Assembly (NCBI GenBank): GCA_030390025.1
Contig: CM059432.1
Location: forward strand, 150,166,001-150,230,000
Direction: 5' to 3'
Length of the DNA stretch: 64,000 bases
DNA from: Squalus acanthias
Taxonomy: Eukaryota
A program made the position numbers and the translations under genes. Below, piece after piece: positions 11,965-25,838 of the stretch. Position 1 is the first letter of the stretch. Each line of letters starts with the position of its first letter. The notes below the pieces were generated by a model. The model had not been told where the DNA came from and did not search any database. It saw only the letters and a program-made list of their open reading frames with translations.

Positions 11965-12368
11965 CTAAAGGCGCTACATAAATGCAAGGTTTTGTTGTTG
12001 TTGTGTTCAAAATGATGAAGGGTTTCGATAGAGTAGATACGGAGAAAATGTTTCTACTGGCAGGAGGATCGGTAACCAGAGGACACAGATTTAAAATAAT
12101 TGTCAAAAAGCCAGGGGAGAGATGAGATGAGATTACTCAGCGAGTTGTTGTGATCTGGAATGCACTGCCTGAAAGTGTGGTGGAAACAGATTCAATAGTA
12201 ACTTTCAAAAGGGAATTGGATAAATATTTAAAAAGGAAAAATGTTCTGGGTTGTGGGGAAATAGCAGCGGGGAAGTGAGACTAATTGGAGAGCTCTTTCA
12301 GAGAGCTGGCACAGGCACGATGGGCCGAATGGCCTCCCTCTGTGCTGTGTCATTCGATGATTCGATGA
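11965..12368 (+). mobile_element. L2-type tail followed by CR1 3' fragment
   Basis: aaggcgctacataaatgcaag(ttg)n, then CR1 end with ...gatgggccgaatggcctccctctgtgctg...(attcgatg)2. Confidence 0.75.
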
Positions 12369-13243
12369 GAAGTTCCTCCAGTGGCTCAGTCCCAAGTCTG
12401 ATCCCAGTCTCCCTCATCTGTGGTTGCGAGGGGCGACTTGACACGTGGCTGCTGGAGTAAGGAGCAGAATATTGTTTGACTGGGTCCAGACCGTTCAGGG
12501 ATAGTAACACATTGTACATTAAATAAAAAGACTAAGGCCAGAGAATGAATTACTATTTGAGACATCATTTCATATTACAGTGGAATCTAAGCCCTTATGT
12601 TGTAACCCATTTGTAGCCATCTATGTATATTGTATTGATTTACTTTTCACAATAAGAGTAATAGATACTTGTAAGTGGATTGCAGAACAGTAATCAAATG
12701 AAGGGATCGAGATTACACCATAAATTATCAGTGTAATATGAGACGTTTATCATCTGAAGCAAGAGGCGGGCTTACTACTTGATATTTGTCACAAGGTAGA
12801 GCCACTGCGATATTTTACTTTCACACTTTTCTGCTACATTTCTTTGACATGAATGTTATTCATTTTTCCCTGATTACTTTATTTTCTCTATCTCTTTAGT
12901 TCTATCTGTGTCTGCATTGTACCCTGGCAAGGAGAGCAGTTCTCTCTGCGGACACTGCCCTGTATCCAGTGGTAGGAGATCTATCACAGGATCTTGAGCC
13001 TCCTCACCCTCTGATTCCCTTTCCATGTCTCTGCCTAGCCTGCAATTGACACCTTCCTAATGACAGGATTGAGTTTGAAAACTTGCTGTGAAAGCAATCA
13101 CAGCTAAGTATGACTATCTTACAATAACATGGCCTCTGATATCTGCACTGGAATAAAGAACACACCTCGGCCTGGATCCTCTCTTGCATACAGCCCAATT
13201 TTCTCCCAGTACTGGGGTGTGAAATACAGTGAGGAGTCACAAT

Positions 13244-14010
13244 AAGAACATAAGAAATAGGAGCAGGAGTCGGCCATTTGGCCCCTCGAGCCTGCTCCGC
13301 CATTCAATAAGATCATGGCTGATCTTCTACCTCATCTCCACTTTCCTGCACTATCCCCATATCCCTTGATTCCCTTAATATCCAAAAATCTATCGATCTC
13401 TGTCTTCAATATAGTCAACGACTGAGCCTCCACAATGTCAGATCACTCCCCTCACTACATGAACAGAAAAGGATTCCACTCTCTCAATGTTCAGCTCATT
13501 GCTAACGAGCATCACCACATCAGCTACCACGATGCCTTCATTTTAAATGTCCCGCACTCTCTCAGACAGAAAGGCAAGTTTTTGGGTGCATCTGTGGAAT
13601 TCTCTCCCACAGACTCTACCAAGCCACTGAATATATTTAAGAAGGAGATAGATAGATTTCTAGACACAAAAGGCATCAAGGGGTATGGGGAGAGAGGGGG
13701 AATATGGTATTGAGATAGAGGATCAGCCATGATCATATTGAATGGCGGAGCAGGCTCAAAGGGCCGAATGGCCGACTCCTGCTCCTATGTTTCTATGATC
13801 CCGGGTGATGAAGGCGAGCCTCTACAGCCACGGCTATTGACACCTGTGTGCTTTCCCAGGAGGCCAGCTGAGTGCACAATTGGAATTCCGACGGCATGCT
13901 TCAAGTCCTTGGATGAGTCTGGGCTGTTCTACAATATAGTCCGGCAAGGGACTCAAGGATCGTGGTAGTGGTGTTCAAGGCCTTTGTGGTAGTGTCACAT
14001 GCTGCACAAC
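13244..14010. mobile_element. Two oppositely oriented CR1 tails interleaved with Harbinger transposase fragments
   Basis: CR1 tail on minus 13244-13433 and on plus ~13590-13797; [13 protein letters not shown]...HDAFIL transposase fragment at 13435-13530. Confidence 0.7.
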
Positions 14011-14530
14011 AAATAGGCCTCCTCATGGAGATGTCAATATGTATAGTCATTTCTTTGAGCATATCAACTCACATGGATCTCATTCATGCCACCTCATTCA
14101 AAACCATTTCCAAACCTATATCAACAACAATGTCTGCACACTTATCAACTATTATGCACCCATAATTTTAATCATAACCCATACTGTTTGTGCGCCTACC
14201 ACTGTGCTTCCCTTTGATGCCAATATGCAATGTGTGATCTCTTATATCGAACCTTGTGTTTCTCGACCTGCGCCAGCTGTGTAACAGGAGTGTTGAAAGT
14301 GACCGGCTGCTATTATTAACATCTACAACTGGTGACTCTCGTGTCACAGCAGTTATGTCCTGAAATTGAGCTGCTGCAGGCTGCATCAGCTGAGCTGTTG
14401 TGTGGGCAGCCAGGGCCTGTCACCTTTCTGCCAGAGGTGCAGGCATCTGGGGGGAGGGGCTGGCAGGAGGGACTACGAGTCCTAACATGCAGCAGCATCA
14501 TGCGAGAGCATTCATGACCCGCCAGTACTG

Positions 14531-17500
14531 AGGGGTGAATTTCCACTGGGGTTCGTCTGATCGCCCAGTGTCATTTTGGTGGAAGATCTGTGGAAACCCC
14601 AGAAAAACATAATTTATTCTGCATGGTTACTGATCCCACTGATACTTGTCTGCATCCCAGCCACAATCACTTGGATGCTGGAAGCAACAGCTCTCTCCAC
14701 TCTGGTGTTCAAGGTCTTTGTGGCAGAAACCTGCGCATCCACGGCAGTGCTAAGACTGTCCTTAGGACCTCTGTGTTGGGACCAGCACTGCAGGTTGGCC
14801 TGGGTCTGCAATCTACTGTATCCTGCAAGCATCGGACCAAGATGGGCCCCACCACCAACAACACCAGCTACACCAGCAGCAACCACAACAGCAGCCTTCT
14901 CCTCAACGACCTGATGTCCACAGGAGAGAGGGGGCACCACAGGGCTGCACCACGCCAGAGAGGATACCCCCAACACAGGATATACAGGCAGAGGATGAGC
15001 TTCCTGGACATGACTGGGCAGCAGTGCTTCAGGAGGCTCAGGCTATCACACCAGGTCGTCGCAGACACTTGTAGCTAGTAGAGGACCTGGTGGACACGCC
15101 TTACCAGTGGCTGTCAAAGTCAGCACCACACTCAACTTCTTCACCTCAGGCTTCTTCCAAAGATCTGCAGCAAACATTTGCAGGATCTTGTAGTCGGTCG
15201 CCCACAAACGCATCGCCCAGGTGACTGATGCCATGTTTGACAAGTCAACCACTTATGTAAACTTTGCCACTAATGAAGCCAGTGTTACTGAGCGGGCGCT
15301 CGGCTTTGTGGCTCTGGCTGGCTGCCCACAGTTGCAGGGCATCATCGACTGCACACATGTGGCCATCAAGGCACCCCCAGATCACCCAGGAGTGTTTGTG
15401 AACCAGAAGGGCTTCCACTCCCTTAATGTGCAACCATAAATAGATCATCATGCATGTGTGCACCAGATTCCCTGCCAGTTGTCATGACTCTTTCGTCCTT
15501 CGCTAGTCCACCCTCCCTCAGCTCTTCGCTCCTCCAAACAGACTTTCCGGCTGGCTGTTTGGAGACAAGGGGTATCCATTGAAGATGTGGCTGATGGCAC
15601 TCTTGAGGAGGCAAGCAATGAGGCCAAGGAGCGCTATAATGACAGCCACATGTCCATCAGATGTGTCATAGAGCAAGAAATCAGCATGCTGAAGATGCGC
15701 TTCAGATACCTTGACAGATCTGGAGGAGCCCTTCAATATGCACCAGCCATGGTCTCCAGAATGATCATGGTATGCTGCGCGCTGCACAACATAGCACAGC
15801 AGCGAGGACTGGAGCTGCAGGAGGAGCAAGGCGCAGAGCACACAGCCTCTTCGGAGGAGGACGAACAGGTAGAAGACAAGGAGGAGGAGGAGGAGGAACC
15901 TGAGGTTGCATTGGCACCAGCAGCAGTGCACATTGCTGCCCAGGAGGCCCGGGATGGTCTCATAATGGCCTGATTTACTTAAGTTGCACCAGTGCACCCA
16001 TATGGCTCCTAGATGCTGAACCAACTTCCCCCCCCCCCTCACCACCCCCCTTCAACACTACAAAGCAGTCCTAAATTGACCAAACCATTCCTGACAACCA
16101 AACTCCCAGTGCTCGAAGTTAAGTAATGTCTCACCATTCACTCCAAGTGACAAAGCCACTTCCCAGGTAGCAGGCAAAAATGGACAAAACGGGAATGTCG
16201 TGCAAAGAAATAAATTTATGTGCATTATAAATAGAACTGAAACTTAACACTAACATTTTGGCAAACACCCATGTGCATCTATGATTGTGTCATTTTTCTT
16301 TTCCGAGTGCTTCTACCAGGTGCAACCCCTGTGGTTTCAGCAGAGGTAGAGGCAGGCTGCTCACTTCCCTGCTCTGACTGCTTCGACACTGTTGGCGGAT
16401 GTCATCTGGGTTTTGGAGCCTGTGAGGGCCCCGCCGAGGACTGCTCCTCCTGCAACTGTGCAGGGGCAGACTCGGCCATCAGGATCCGAGGCAGCATGTG
16501 GGGCTCTGACTGAGGGGTCCCCTCTCACCATCATCCCTCTCATGGGCAGCACCTTGCTGCACATCAGTGGGGCGATGAACGCCCAAGTCTATGTTGGTAT
16601 TCCCCCAGAGATGAGGTCAATAAGAGTCTGCAATCTGTTGTTCACAGCAAGCATATTCTCGTCCAACTGGCGCATTTGCTGCTCCATGCAGGTGGCCATC
16701 CTTTCCATGGAACAGCACATCGTCGCCGTCGCCTGCGCTGTGGTGGTGCTCATGTTAGACATGGACTCCTCCATTCTCTGTACAATTGCGCACATCGCGG
16801 CTGGAAAAGCTGCCAGAGCCTCACGCATTTGTTGCGGCTCCTCCAAGATCAACCTCTGTCGACAGCCCCCGAGGTTCAGCAGCTGCATCCAGCTGAGCAG
16901 AGCTGGGAGTATCCTGCACCCCTTGGCGAGGACTCTTCACTGCTGTCCCTGTCTCCACCATCTGCACTTGCTCACTTGTGATGTGTGAGGCACATGGTGA
17001 CAACACTACTCTATGTCTCGCAGGACCCACCGATGTGTGTGCATCTGTGCTGGTGTATCTGCGCTGGTGCTGGGTGTGCTTGGGTCTGGTGATGGTGCAC
17101 CCGCAGAGAGTAAAGCTTCCTCTGAGGAGTCGTCTTCCTCCTCCGGCTGGACAGTGTGGGGGAGGTGGAGGGCACTTGATGGACCTGTGGGAGAGTAAAA
17201 AGATGAATTAGAAGTCTTATGATAAGAATGTGTAATGTTACCATTATATATATGACATTTCACTGGCTGCTGACATCAAGTCACCATGAGTGACTGTTGT
17301 ACACCAAGTGGCTGTATGATATTTAATTCACCAGGTTGCTGGGAGATCCCCCTCTCCCCGTCTCCCACCGCCAGCAGCTTTGCAACTCGACTTATTTGTA
17401 GGGCCTCCTCCTCTGCTGGAGTCAATGTGCTGTAAATTGGATGGCCATCTCCGGTTTGTTGCCTCTCCCGGATGTTCTGCACTCTCTTCTCCTGCAAGGA

Positions 17501-18385
17501 AGGAAAGAAGAGAACTTTGAGTGAGAGTGATGGAATGAGTGTAAGGGATAGATGGGTTACATCTGTAGAGGGTGACTATGAGGGAGTGCGGTGACATTGC
17601 CAAATGGCCTCCTTGTGTGGTGTTACTTCCTATGATTGCATTAGGATGAGGGTGAGTGTCAGGGGTGGTTAGTCAGATGGGGATGTGAGCAGGTGCATTG
17701 ACAGAGAGGAATGGGTGCACCTGCAAGGTAGGTTGGTGTGAGGAGCGATGTGCAGGACTAGGCTCGGGAAGGCAGAGTGATGGGGTTGGGGTGACAGGCA
17801 CATCAGGATGTAGGTGAGTGTGGCATTGCACTCACCTTTCCTGACCTCATGAGATCATTAAATCTTTTGTGGGACTGTATCCAGGAGCAGCTGACTACAC
17901 TCATGCTGCTGACCTTCTGGGCAATCTCCAACTATGCCCTCTTGGTCTCAGTGGATGGTCTCTTGCGCCCGTTACCAGGGAACAGGATGTCCCTGTGTGC
18001 TTAAACTCCCTGGAGCAGGACTTCCAGGGAGGAGTCGGAGAATCTGGGCGCTGCCTTCTGCTGTTGGGACTCCATGTTCCCTCAAGCCTCAGAGCAAACA
18101 TCTTCAATATCTCACCAACCACACCTCTCCCAAAGACTGCTCCTCCAACAACCTTCAAGTGTGATGAGTGGAAGGCCCCTTTAAATATCTTAGCTCAAGG
18201 CGAGTCATTGATGGCGTTATGAGACCCACTGCATTTAATTGGCTGGGGAACCCACAGGCCTAACTCAATGGATCTAATTCTGTTAAAGAGAAAGTGGACA
18301 GCGCACTGCCGAGAGGTTCGTGAGGCCGACCCACTACCTGGCCTCCCCTGCACTTGACTTGACTCACAGGTAAAAATTCAGGCCA
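14531..18385. mobile_element. Decayed two-gene Harbinger: transposase (+, ~14870-15973) convergent with spliced Myb/SANT gene (-, ~18075-16280)
   Basis: [24 protein letters not shown] and LKMRFRYLDRSGGAL...CCALHN motifs. Minus-strand Myb gene with donor gtgagt (~17835) and acceptors ccttgcag (~17491) and ctcccacag (~17186). TIR pairing is imperfect, so boundaries are approximate. Confidence 0.8.
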
Positions 18386-18389
18386 ATAA

Positions 18390-19690
18390 TCCTGGACAAA
18401 ATTATTTTGCCCTTGGAAAAATATGGGTTAATAAATGTAAGTCAGCCTGGATTTGTTAAAGGCAAATCGTGTTTGACTAACTGGATTGAGTTCTTTGATG
18501 AAGTAACGGAGAGGGTTGATGAGGGTAGTGCGGTTGATGTTGTGTATATGGACTTTCAAAAGGCGTTTGATAAAGTACCACAAACAGACTTGCTAGCAAA
18601 ATTCAAGCCCATGCAATTAAAGGGGCAGTGACAGCACGGATACAAAATTAGCTAAGGGACAGAAAGCAGAGAGTAGTGGTGAATGGTTGTTTTTCAGATT
18701 GGAGGGAAGTATACAGTGGTGTCCCCCAGGGGTCGGTATTAGGACCACTGTTCTTTTTGACCTTAATGATCTGGACTTGTGTATACAGGGCATAATTTCA
18801 AAGTTTGCAGATGACACAAAACTCGGAAATGTAGTAAACAGTGAGGCGGATAGTAAGAGACTTCAGGAGGACACAGACAGACTAGTGAAATGGGCAGACA
18901 CATTGCGGATGAAATTTAATGCAGAGAAGTGTTAAGTGATTCATTTTGGTTGGAAGAATGAAGAGAGGCAATATAAACTAAATGGTACAATTTTAAATGG
19001 GGTGCAAGAACAGAGAGACCTGGGGGTGTACATACACAAATCTTTGGAGGTGGCAGGACAAGTTGAGAAGGCTGTTAAAAAGGCATATGGAATCCTTGGC
19101 TTTATAAATAGAGGAACAGAGTACAAAAGCAAGGAAGTTTTGCTAAACCTTTATAAAACACTGGTTAGGTCCCAGCTGGAGAATTGTGGCCAATTCTGGG
19201 TCCAGCACCTTACGAAGGATGTCAAGGCCGTGAAGAGGGTGCAGAGGAGATTTACTAGAATGGTACCAGGGATGCGGGACTGCAGGTATGTCGAGAGACT
19301 AGAGAAGCTGAGATTGTTCTCCTTAGAGCAAAGAAGGTTAAGGTGTGATTTGATAGAGGTGCTCAAAATGATGAAGGATTTTGATAAGAGTAAATAAGGA
19401 GGAACTGCTTCCAGTGGCAAAAGGGTCGGCAAACAGAGGACTCAAATTTAAGATAATTGGCAAATGAACCTGAGGCGACATTTCTTTACTCAGTGAGTTG
19501 TGATGATCTGGAATGCCCTGCCTGAAAGGGCGGTGGAAGCAGATTCAATACTAACTTACAAATCGGAATGAGATAAATTTACAGGGCCATGGGGAGAGAG
19601 CAGGGGAGTGGGACTAATTGGAGAGCTCTTTCAAAGAGCTGACACAGGCACGATGGGCCAAATGGCCTCCTTCTGCGCTGTATTAATCTA
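18390..19690 (+). mobile_element. CR1 LINE, RT and 3' end; contains an empty copy of the ctttataaatagagg site (~19100-19114)
   Basis: [19 protein letters not shown] and GFINRGTEYKSKEV motifs plus CR1 tail. Confidence 0.9.
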
Positions 19691-19822
19691 TGATTTTGAT
19701 TTTAAATAATGGCATATGGTGAAACTCCCTTTTTGTTATCAAATGGATGCGTTTGAATGTATGGAATAGAAACATAGGTGATATAGTTATTGTTGAAGCC
19801 ACAATTCACCACAATCATTATA

Positions 19823-20313
19823 AAAAGACTTGCATTTATATAGAGCCTTTCACGATGTCTCAAAGCGCTTTACAGCCAATGAAGTACTTTTGAAGTGTAG
19901 TCGCTGTTGTAATGTAGGAAACGCGGCAGCCAATTTACGCACAGCAAGCTCCCACAAACAGAAATGTGATAATGACCAGATAATCTGTTTTTGTGATGTT
20001 GATTGTGGGATATATATTGGCCAGGATACCGGGGAGAACTCCCCTGCTCTTCTTCAAAATATTGCCATGGGATCTTTTACGTCCACCTGAGAGAGCAGAC
20101 GGGGCCTCGGTTTAACGTCTCATCCGAAAGACGGCATCTCCGACTGTGCAGCGCTCCCTCAGCACTGCCCCTCCGACAGTGCGGCGCTCCCTCAGCACTG
20201 CACTGGAATGTCAGCCTAGACTTTTGTGCTCAAGTCTCGTGGAGTGGGACTTGAACCCACGACCTTCTGACTCAAAGGCGAGAGTGCTACCCACTGAGAC
20301 ACAGCTGACACAC
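19823..20313 (-). mobile_element. Full-length DeuSINE (SacSINE1-like)
   Basis: tRNA-like head (box A tctcagtgggtag, box B gggttcaagtccc); Deu domain cagtgctgagggagcg...cggatgagacgttaaaccgaggcccc...taaaagatcccatggca; L2-like tail. Internal ~30-bp duplication at about 20140-20200. Confidence 0.85.
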
Positions 20314-20422
20314 AGGAGAGAAGAGGCAGAGGTAATGGACAGGAACTAGTAGAAAAACAAATTTCCTGTTAAATAACTGAGTCATAGAGAGCTTTAAAAT
20401 TTTAAGTATTTACACAACACTG

Positions 20423-20428
20423 TTTATT
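20423..20428 (-). terminator. Candidate distal poly(A) signal of ARPP21
   Basis: AATAAA on the minus strand followed by GT-rich cagtgttgtgtaaata, at the edge of a ~5 kb nearly repeat-free block running back to the stop codon. Confidence 0.4.
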
Positions 20429-23400
20429 GATGCTGTACAAATGACTGTATGCCATATCATACAATTTTTTTTCATTTGCTATTATTTTTTCAAATAAAAA
20501 AGCTTATTATAAAAAAACAAAAAAATGAAAAGTACATTCCACTATCCATCTAGAAATACATTGGTTGGCGATGAAGTTATCTAAAGTTTTATCACCAAAT
20601 AAAATGTATAATTGCTTAGATTTACAGATACCTTTATTCTTAGTGATATAGTGTGACAAAGTTCTAAAGACATGTACACAGTAAAATCTGTGTTCAACAT
20701 CCAAGGGAACATTCTGAGGTGGTAGAAAAGAATTTCAGCACCATAAACTCTTCAGAAAGATTTGAATGGACCATTTTAGGCAGAAATCTCAAGTGAGATG
20801 TAAGAATAACCTGGTGTGAATAAAATATGATGGATCTATTGTAACAACTTGAAGCTCACTGGCTCAAAATGTTTTCAACTAAGGCCAGAAATGTGACTGT
20901 GCTCAGAATAATAAATTTAAGGCCACAAGATGACAAAAGGTAAAAGGGAACGCGCGTAAGTTCATGGAGAACAAGATAAGATCTCAGCATAGTGCTGGGT
21001 GTCAGACAAAATGATTGCTCCTTTCATGAACCTCTATGTGAACAAGTGATAGCCTTTGAATTTTCCAGATGCAAGAGGTTAGAAGGCTGCAATAACCAGT
21101 AAATTAATTTTAATCAAATTATGTCAGAGTCCAATTGCAAATAAAGGAAGATTATTGAATGTCAGAATTGATGGCTGCAAAGTAGTTGTCTTCATATCAT
21201 TAAATTATTCTCCGCCAGCTGTTTTATATATTTGGAAAGGATGCCAAGATTCTGTTAACCAATGAAAGCAGAGGACCGATACTAAACAGTGTTCTCCTCT
21301 CAAGAACCAAACCATCTTGAGAGTAACTATGCCAGATACAACCGCCATGTTAGGGCAGCGAACACACATTGGTGAGAGGAGCTGCAGGTTGAAAGTATCT
21401 ATGAGATCGAAGAATGTGAGCATTCATTGCTGCTCCACTCAAAATAAATACTATAAAAGATGCAAAGTGAATAAATTAAAGGATCTTGGAAAAATAGGAG
21501 ATCAAAGTATATTATACAGGCTACCAGAATATGAACCCATCTCAATTGCAACAATCGGTCATATTAGAAGTTGAGGTTGTGCTGCATGAGGCCATCAATC
21601 TGTCATAGGAGCTTGGGCAACCTGACAATGGATTTAGTCTAAGGCACCTTTTGGTGGATAATTGTGCAGCCATTCCTCTTTCTACAATGTACTGCAAAGT
21701 ACACATTACTGCCCCAAGTATCCATTTTCTTGTTTTCTTTCTCAGGAAGTACGGAGTTCTTTCTTCACACAAGAGACTTCCTATATTTATTCTGTACTTT
21801 GAATATCACTGAGAAACGCGCAAGAGAAGTCATAAAAACTCTCTCAGGGGAAATTCATTCCATTAAATATGTTCGCTTTGGCCAGGTTCAAAGTAAACCA
21901 GTGTGGGCTTTTCCAAATAAAATCAATGAAATGTCATAAGCAGATGGGAGGTGAGATCCAAGAAAACCGATGGTGGTAGATTACTTCATTGAGCAATGGC
22001 TCAAAATTTCAGGAAAGGTATATCCAAAACGAATGCTATTTAAACATAACACTTATCCAAAAGTATCTGCTGAAGTGGGATTGAGATGCAAGTGGCAGAA
22101 AGAAACATTCTTTTCAACCTCTTGCCTGGCAGTAGACAAGAAATTTGAAGCTAGATGTGTCTGTGGATTAAGAATCATGCTCCCTTTGATTGCATATGCA
22201 GAAGTGTTGCAGTAATTTTGCAGTCTGCAAAGTGTTATTCCTTCAGGGAAATGTTACATTTCTTATTCAATCTTGGGAATCCCTGGACAGAGTTTGTGTC
22301 CGTGACACTTGCTGGTGCATAAACAGTACCGGTGTGCTTCCAGCTTCATTGGAAGGTCCCATTTGGGAGGATGTCATTCACTCAAAATGCCCAACTGCCT
22401 GGGCTTGTTTCCATGGCAACAGGTAAAGAAAGATGTTGAGGTAGTCAAATGTGTCAGTCAATGATAATTGAAGCAGCATCAATGTTGGCAATTCTAGCGT
22501 CTAGGCCAGGACAAATTTTTGAAGCAAAATCTCTAATGGTTGTAGATATTGAGACAAACCCCTGCATCATGAAAGAGTGTAGAAGGAATAAAATTTTGAG
22601 CACATACCAGACTTGCTGGTGGGGTTTGTGTTCTGTCCAGTATCAGCGACACCAAATAAGTTGATGTTACGTGTGATCAGGACATCATATGACCTTAGTC
22701 AAAGCAGTTTAACACTGATGCTACTAATGTGAGTCTATCGATTAGCACGGAGACTAACCAAATCAAGTGTAATCTCTGCAACAAAGTATGGGTACTGGGA
22801 GAAGCTCTTCTGACACAGGTGTTAGTTGGATGATGTTGAGAGTTTACAGGTCGATTTTAGTATGAAACAGTGGCTCTCTCGGTGCCAGCCAATAATAAGC
22901 ATGAGAGCTAGAACGGCATGGATTAAAAATGGAGTAATGAATTAAGTACTAGATCATTGTCCTTGCCTAGATAAGTGAGGTGATCCACAGTTTGCTTCAC
23001 CTAAAGCCTTGTTATTGGTTTGGCCCTTGTGGTGTCCTCTAGATTTATTTATTCATTCTTTCTATGCCAGTAGAACCTAAGGCTCAACAATTCTTGTTTG
23101 TAGGGAGGCTGTGCTTCAAGCCAATCTGCCAGGTATAATATTTTGATATCGAGTTGCTCACAATGTGCTCTTTCAAAAGATGCAGCCAATCTTTGCAATC
23201 CATGATGTTATATCTGGGAAAGCATCAAAGGCATAGATCATGATTATCAGTTGGAAAGCCTGTGACAAACTCTGAAGCCTGGCTAAAAATGAGACGGAGC
23301 ACTATTTTAATAAACAATAAAATGCTCCAGTACCACAGATATGTTAATGCACACCAAGATTCAGTATCAAACTGAGGCCACGACTAAAGTCGCTGAGAAA

Positions 23401-23589
23401 CAAATTTTAAAAGATTTTCGAACAGCAGAAAACGAGATCAGCAGTTTTCCAAAAGTTCAATGGATAAATATACTCCATTGTGTGGTAATGAGCTTCGCAA
23501 ACCAAAATTATGCTGAATTTAATTCCTGATTTGTGCTGTTAGTTGCTCAAAGCCAATGCAACAATGGGAGCGAAGGGATGCTCTAACTG

Positions 23590-23720
23590 GTCTCAGCATC
23601 CATAGGCTGGGAAGGGGAAAATTAGTTAGAATTTTTGTTCCTGATTCCTATTCAGTGATCGCTGGTGGAAAGTGCATGTATGTGGGTGTTGGGCAAATGT
23701 GTCATAATGGGCTTGATTTT
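23590..23720 (+). mobile_element. Old LF-SINE-like fragment
   Basis: gggaaggggaaaattag...ttcctgattcctattcagtgatcgctggtggaaagtgcatgtatgtgg resembles the recalled LF-SINE core. Confidence 0.45.
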
Positions 23721-25079
23721 CTGCCTATTGCCTATAAATGGGTGGTAAATGTAGTCCTGTTTCCCTACCATTCTCCATGTATCAGTGGAGTGATCCATTG
23801 ATAGATACATGGAGAATAAATATAAGGTTTCATTCATTTCAAACTGCTAATTTTACAATACTTAAGCAGTTATTGGACAAAAATGTTACAATTTTGTTTT
23901 AAGTGGACTCAAACACCGAAGGAGTCTTTTAATGAAATGTGGCCCCTTCTTACCATCATTTGGGGTTAACCATGTGTTATATACTTTTTCCTTGCTGCCT
24001 CCTCCCCAACACAGTGAATTACCTAAAGCATAAGAGCGTTAAAAAAAACCCAGCTTTAAGCTGTGACTTTTACATACATATACATTAAGGATAGGCAATA
24101 GCTGGAAATTTTATTATGCATTTACTTGGACTTCAATTCCTAGCAGCAAATGTTGAAATGAAATTGCATTTGTTACCTTCCCTCGGAAATGAGCTTTGAG
24201 AAACCTGGAGAGATCTGTCCAATGAGCAGACTGTGATTAACATGGATTCAGCTGCAGCGGTTCAATCTGCCACAGAATCACCCCTACATGGAGACCAGAT
24301 GGCTGGGATTTCTATAGGAACCTATTTGAAAACTGTTTTTTTCTAGCATCTCTTACCAGCTCCTCAGACACAAAAAACAAAATATTAAATGCTATCGAGT
24401 TGTAGCCTCAAAATAACACAATTCAGAATTTCCAACAGGTTTTTCCAATTGGGTCATTCAAAAATATCAACCAACAATTAGTAAAGCTTAAGAGTTTGCC
24501 CACAAGCAGATGTGCCCTTGGATGGATCACAGTAAAACTTTCTGATACAATCGGATGTTTAGAGAGTATTTGCAACAATTTTTAACACGAGAATCTCTGC
24601 TCTCAATTCATCAGTTAAATCACGTTACACAAGCTGCATTAACATTATGAAGATTGACAATATCATTAATGTTCCAAAATATTTACCCATTATATAAAAA
24701 TACTGATCTACTTAATGCAACATCCACATGAAATATCTTTCATATTTTGTTTGTGTGGGTTCATCAGACTTTGCTATTGACATGTCTTAGAGGTGGAGAA
24801 AATCAGACTGCTTGCTCAAGCTTGCATCTAATTATTTTGATTCACAATTAGCTTAAAACTGGGAGCCTGAGGCATGTATTTTTACTGTACAGTAATAGTG
24901 ATGTAAACAAATTCGCAGTTTCAGTGTTTTAATTCAGTAACAGCTGCAAATTCAGTACAAAATTAATTAGCAGTTGCTTTGTGAACAAGGTTTGAGCTAC
25001 TGTCAGAAATACCTAAATTGTACTCAACAAATTAAAACATCAAGAGAAGAGACAACTCACATGGTAGAAATGTGACCTT

Positions 25080-25580
25080 TATCCATGAGGTCAAATAGTT
25101 TTATTGTGATTAAACACTACAATACAGTATATATCCATAAAAAACTCTATAGTGTATATAAATTATTCCTTCCATACAGCAATTCTTTCCATTTCAGCTT
25201 TGGTACAATGTGTATTTTATTATAATAATTGTAATACTTTTCAGCTTCACAAACTCAACACAAAGTACAAAACTAATCAGTATTGGGGTATTACAATCTA
25301 CACAGTGGTGCTCAGTGGTAGGGAGAGGTCTTGCCTCAGAGAATCCATGTCACTTAGCTAAGCGACACAGGCATACCGAGCAGGGACATGACTAAAATGC
25401 ACCAGTAACCAGCAAACATTTCTTAGAATTTTTTTTTTAAACAGAATACCAGCAGTGATCAACTGAGAACTTAACACTTTATTTCCTCGACTGACGTCCC
25501 ATCTTTTTTTTTGTGAAGGCCATAGTTACTATGTCCAAAAATGCAATTTGCTATTATTTTATTCACACAGAGCCACAGTG
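25080..25580 (-). other. ARPP21: ARPP21 proximal 3' UTR with AATAAA at 25105-25100
   Basis: AT-rich, repeat-free sequence after the stop; plus-strand tttatt at 25100-25105. The cleavage site is inferred. Confidence 0.65.

Positions 25581-25838
<258 letters not shown>

Noticed and set aside
20240..20313. tRNA gene
   Set aside because: It is the tRNA-derived head of the DeuSINE, with no complete cloverleaf.
21205..23837. Cluster of short ORFs as a second gene
   Set aside because: No recognisable domain or consistent splice structure; better explained as UTR or intergenic sequence.
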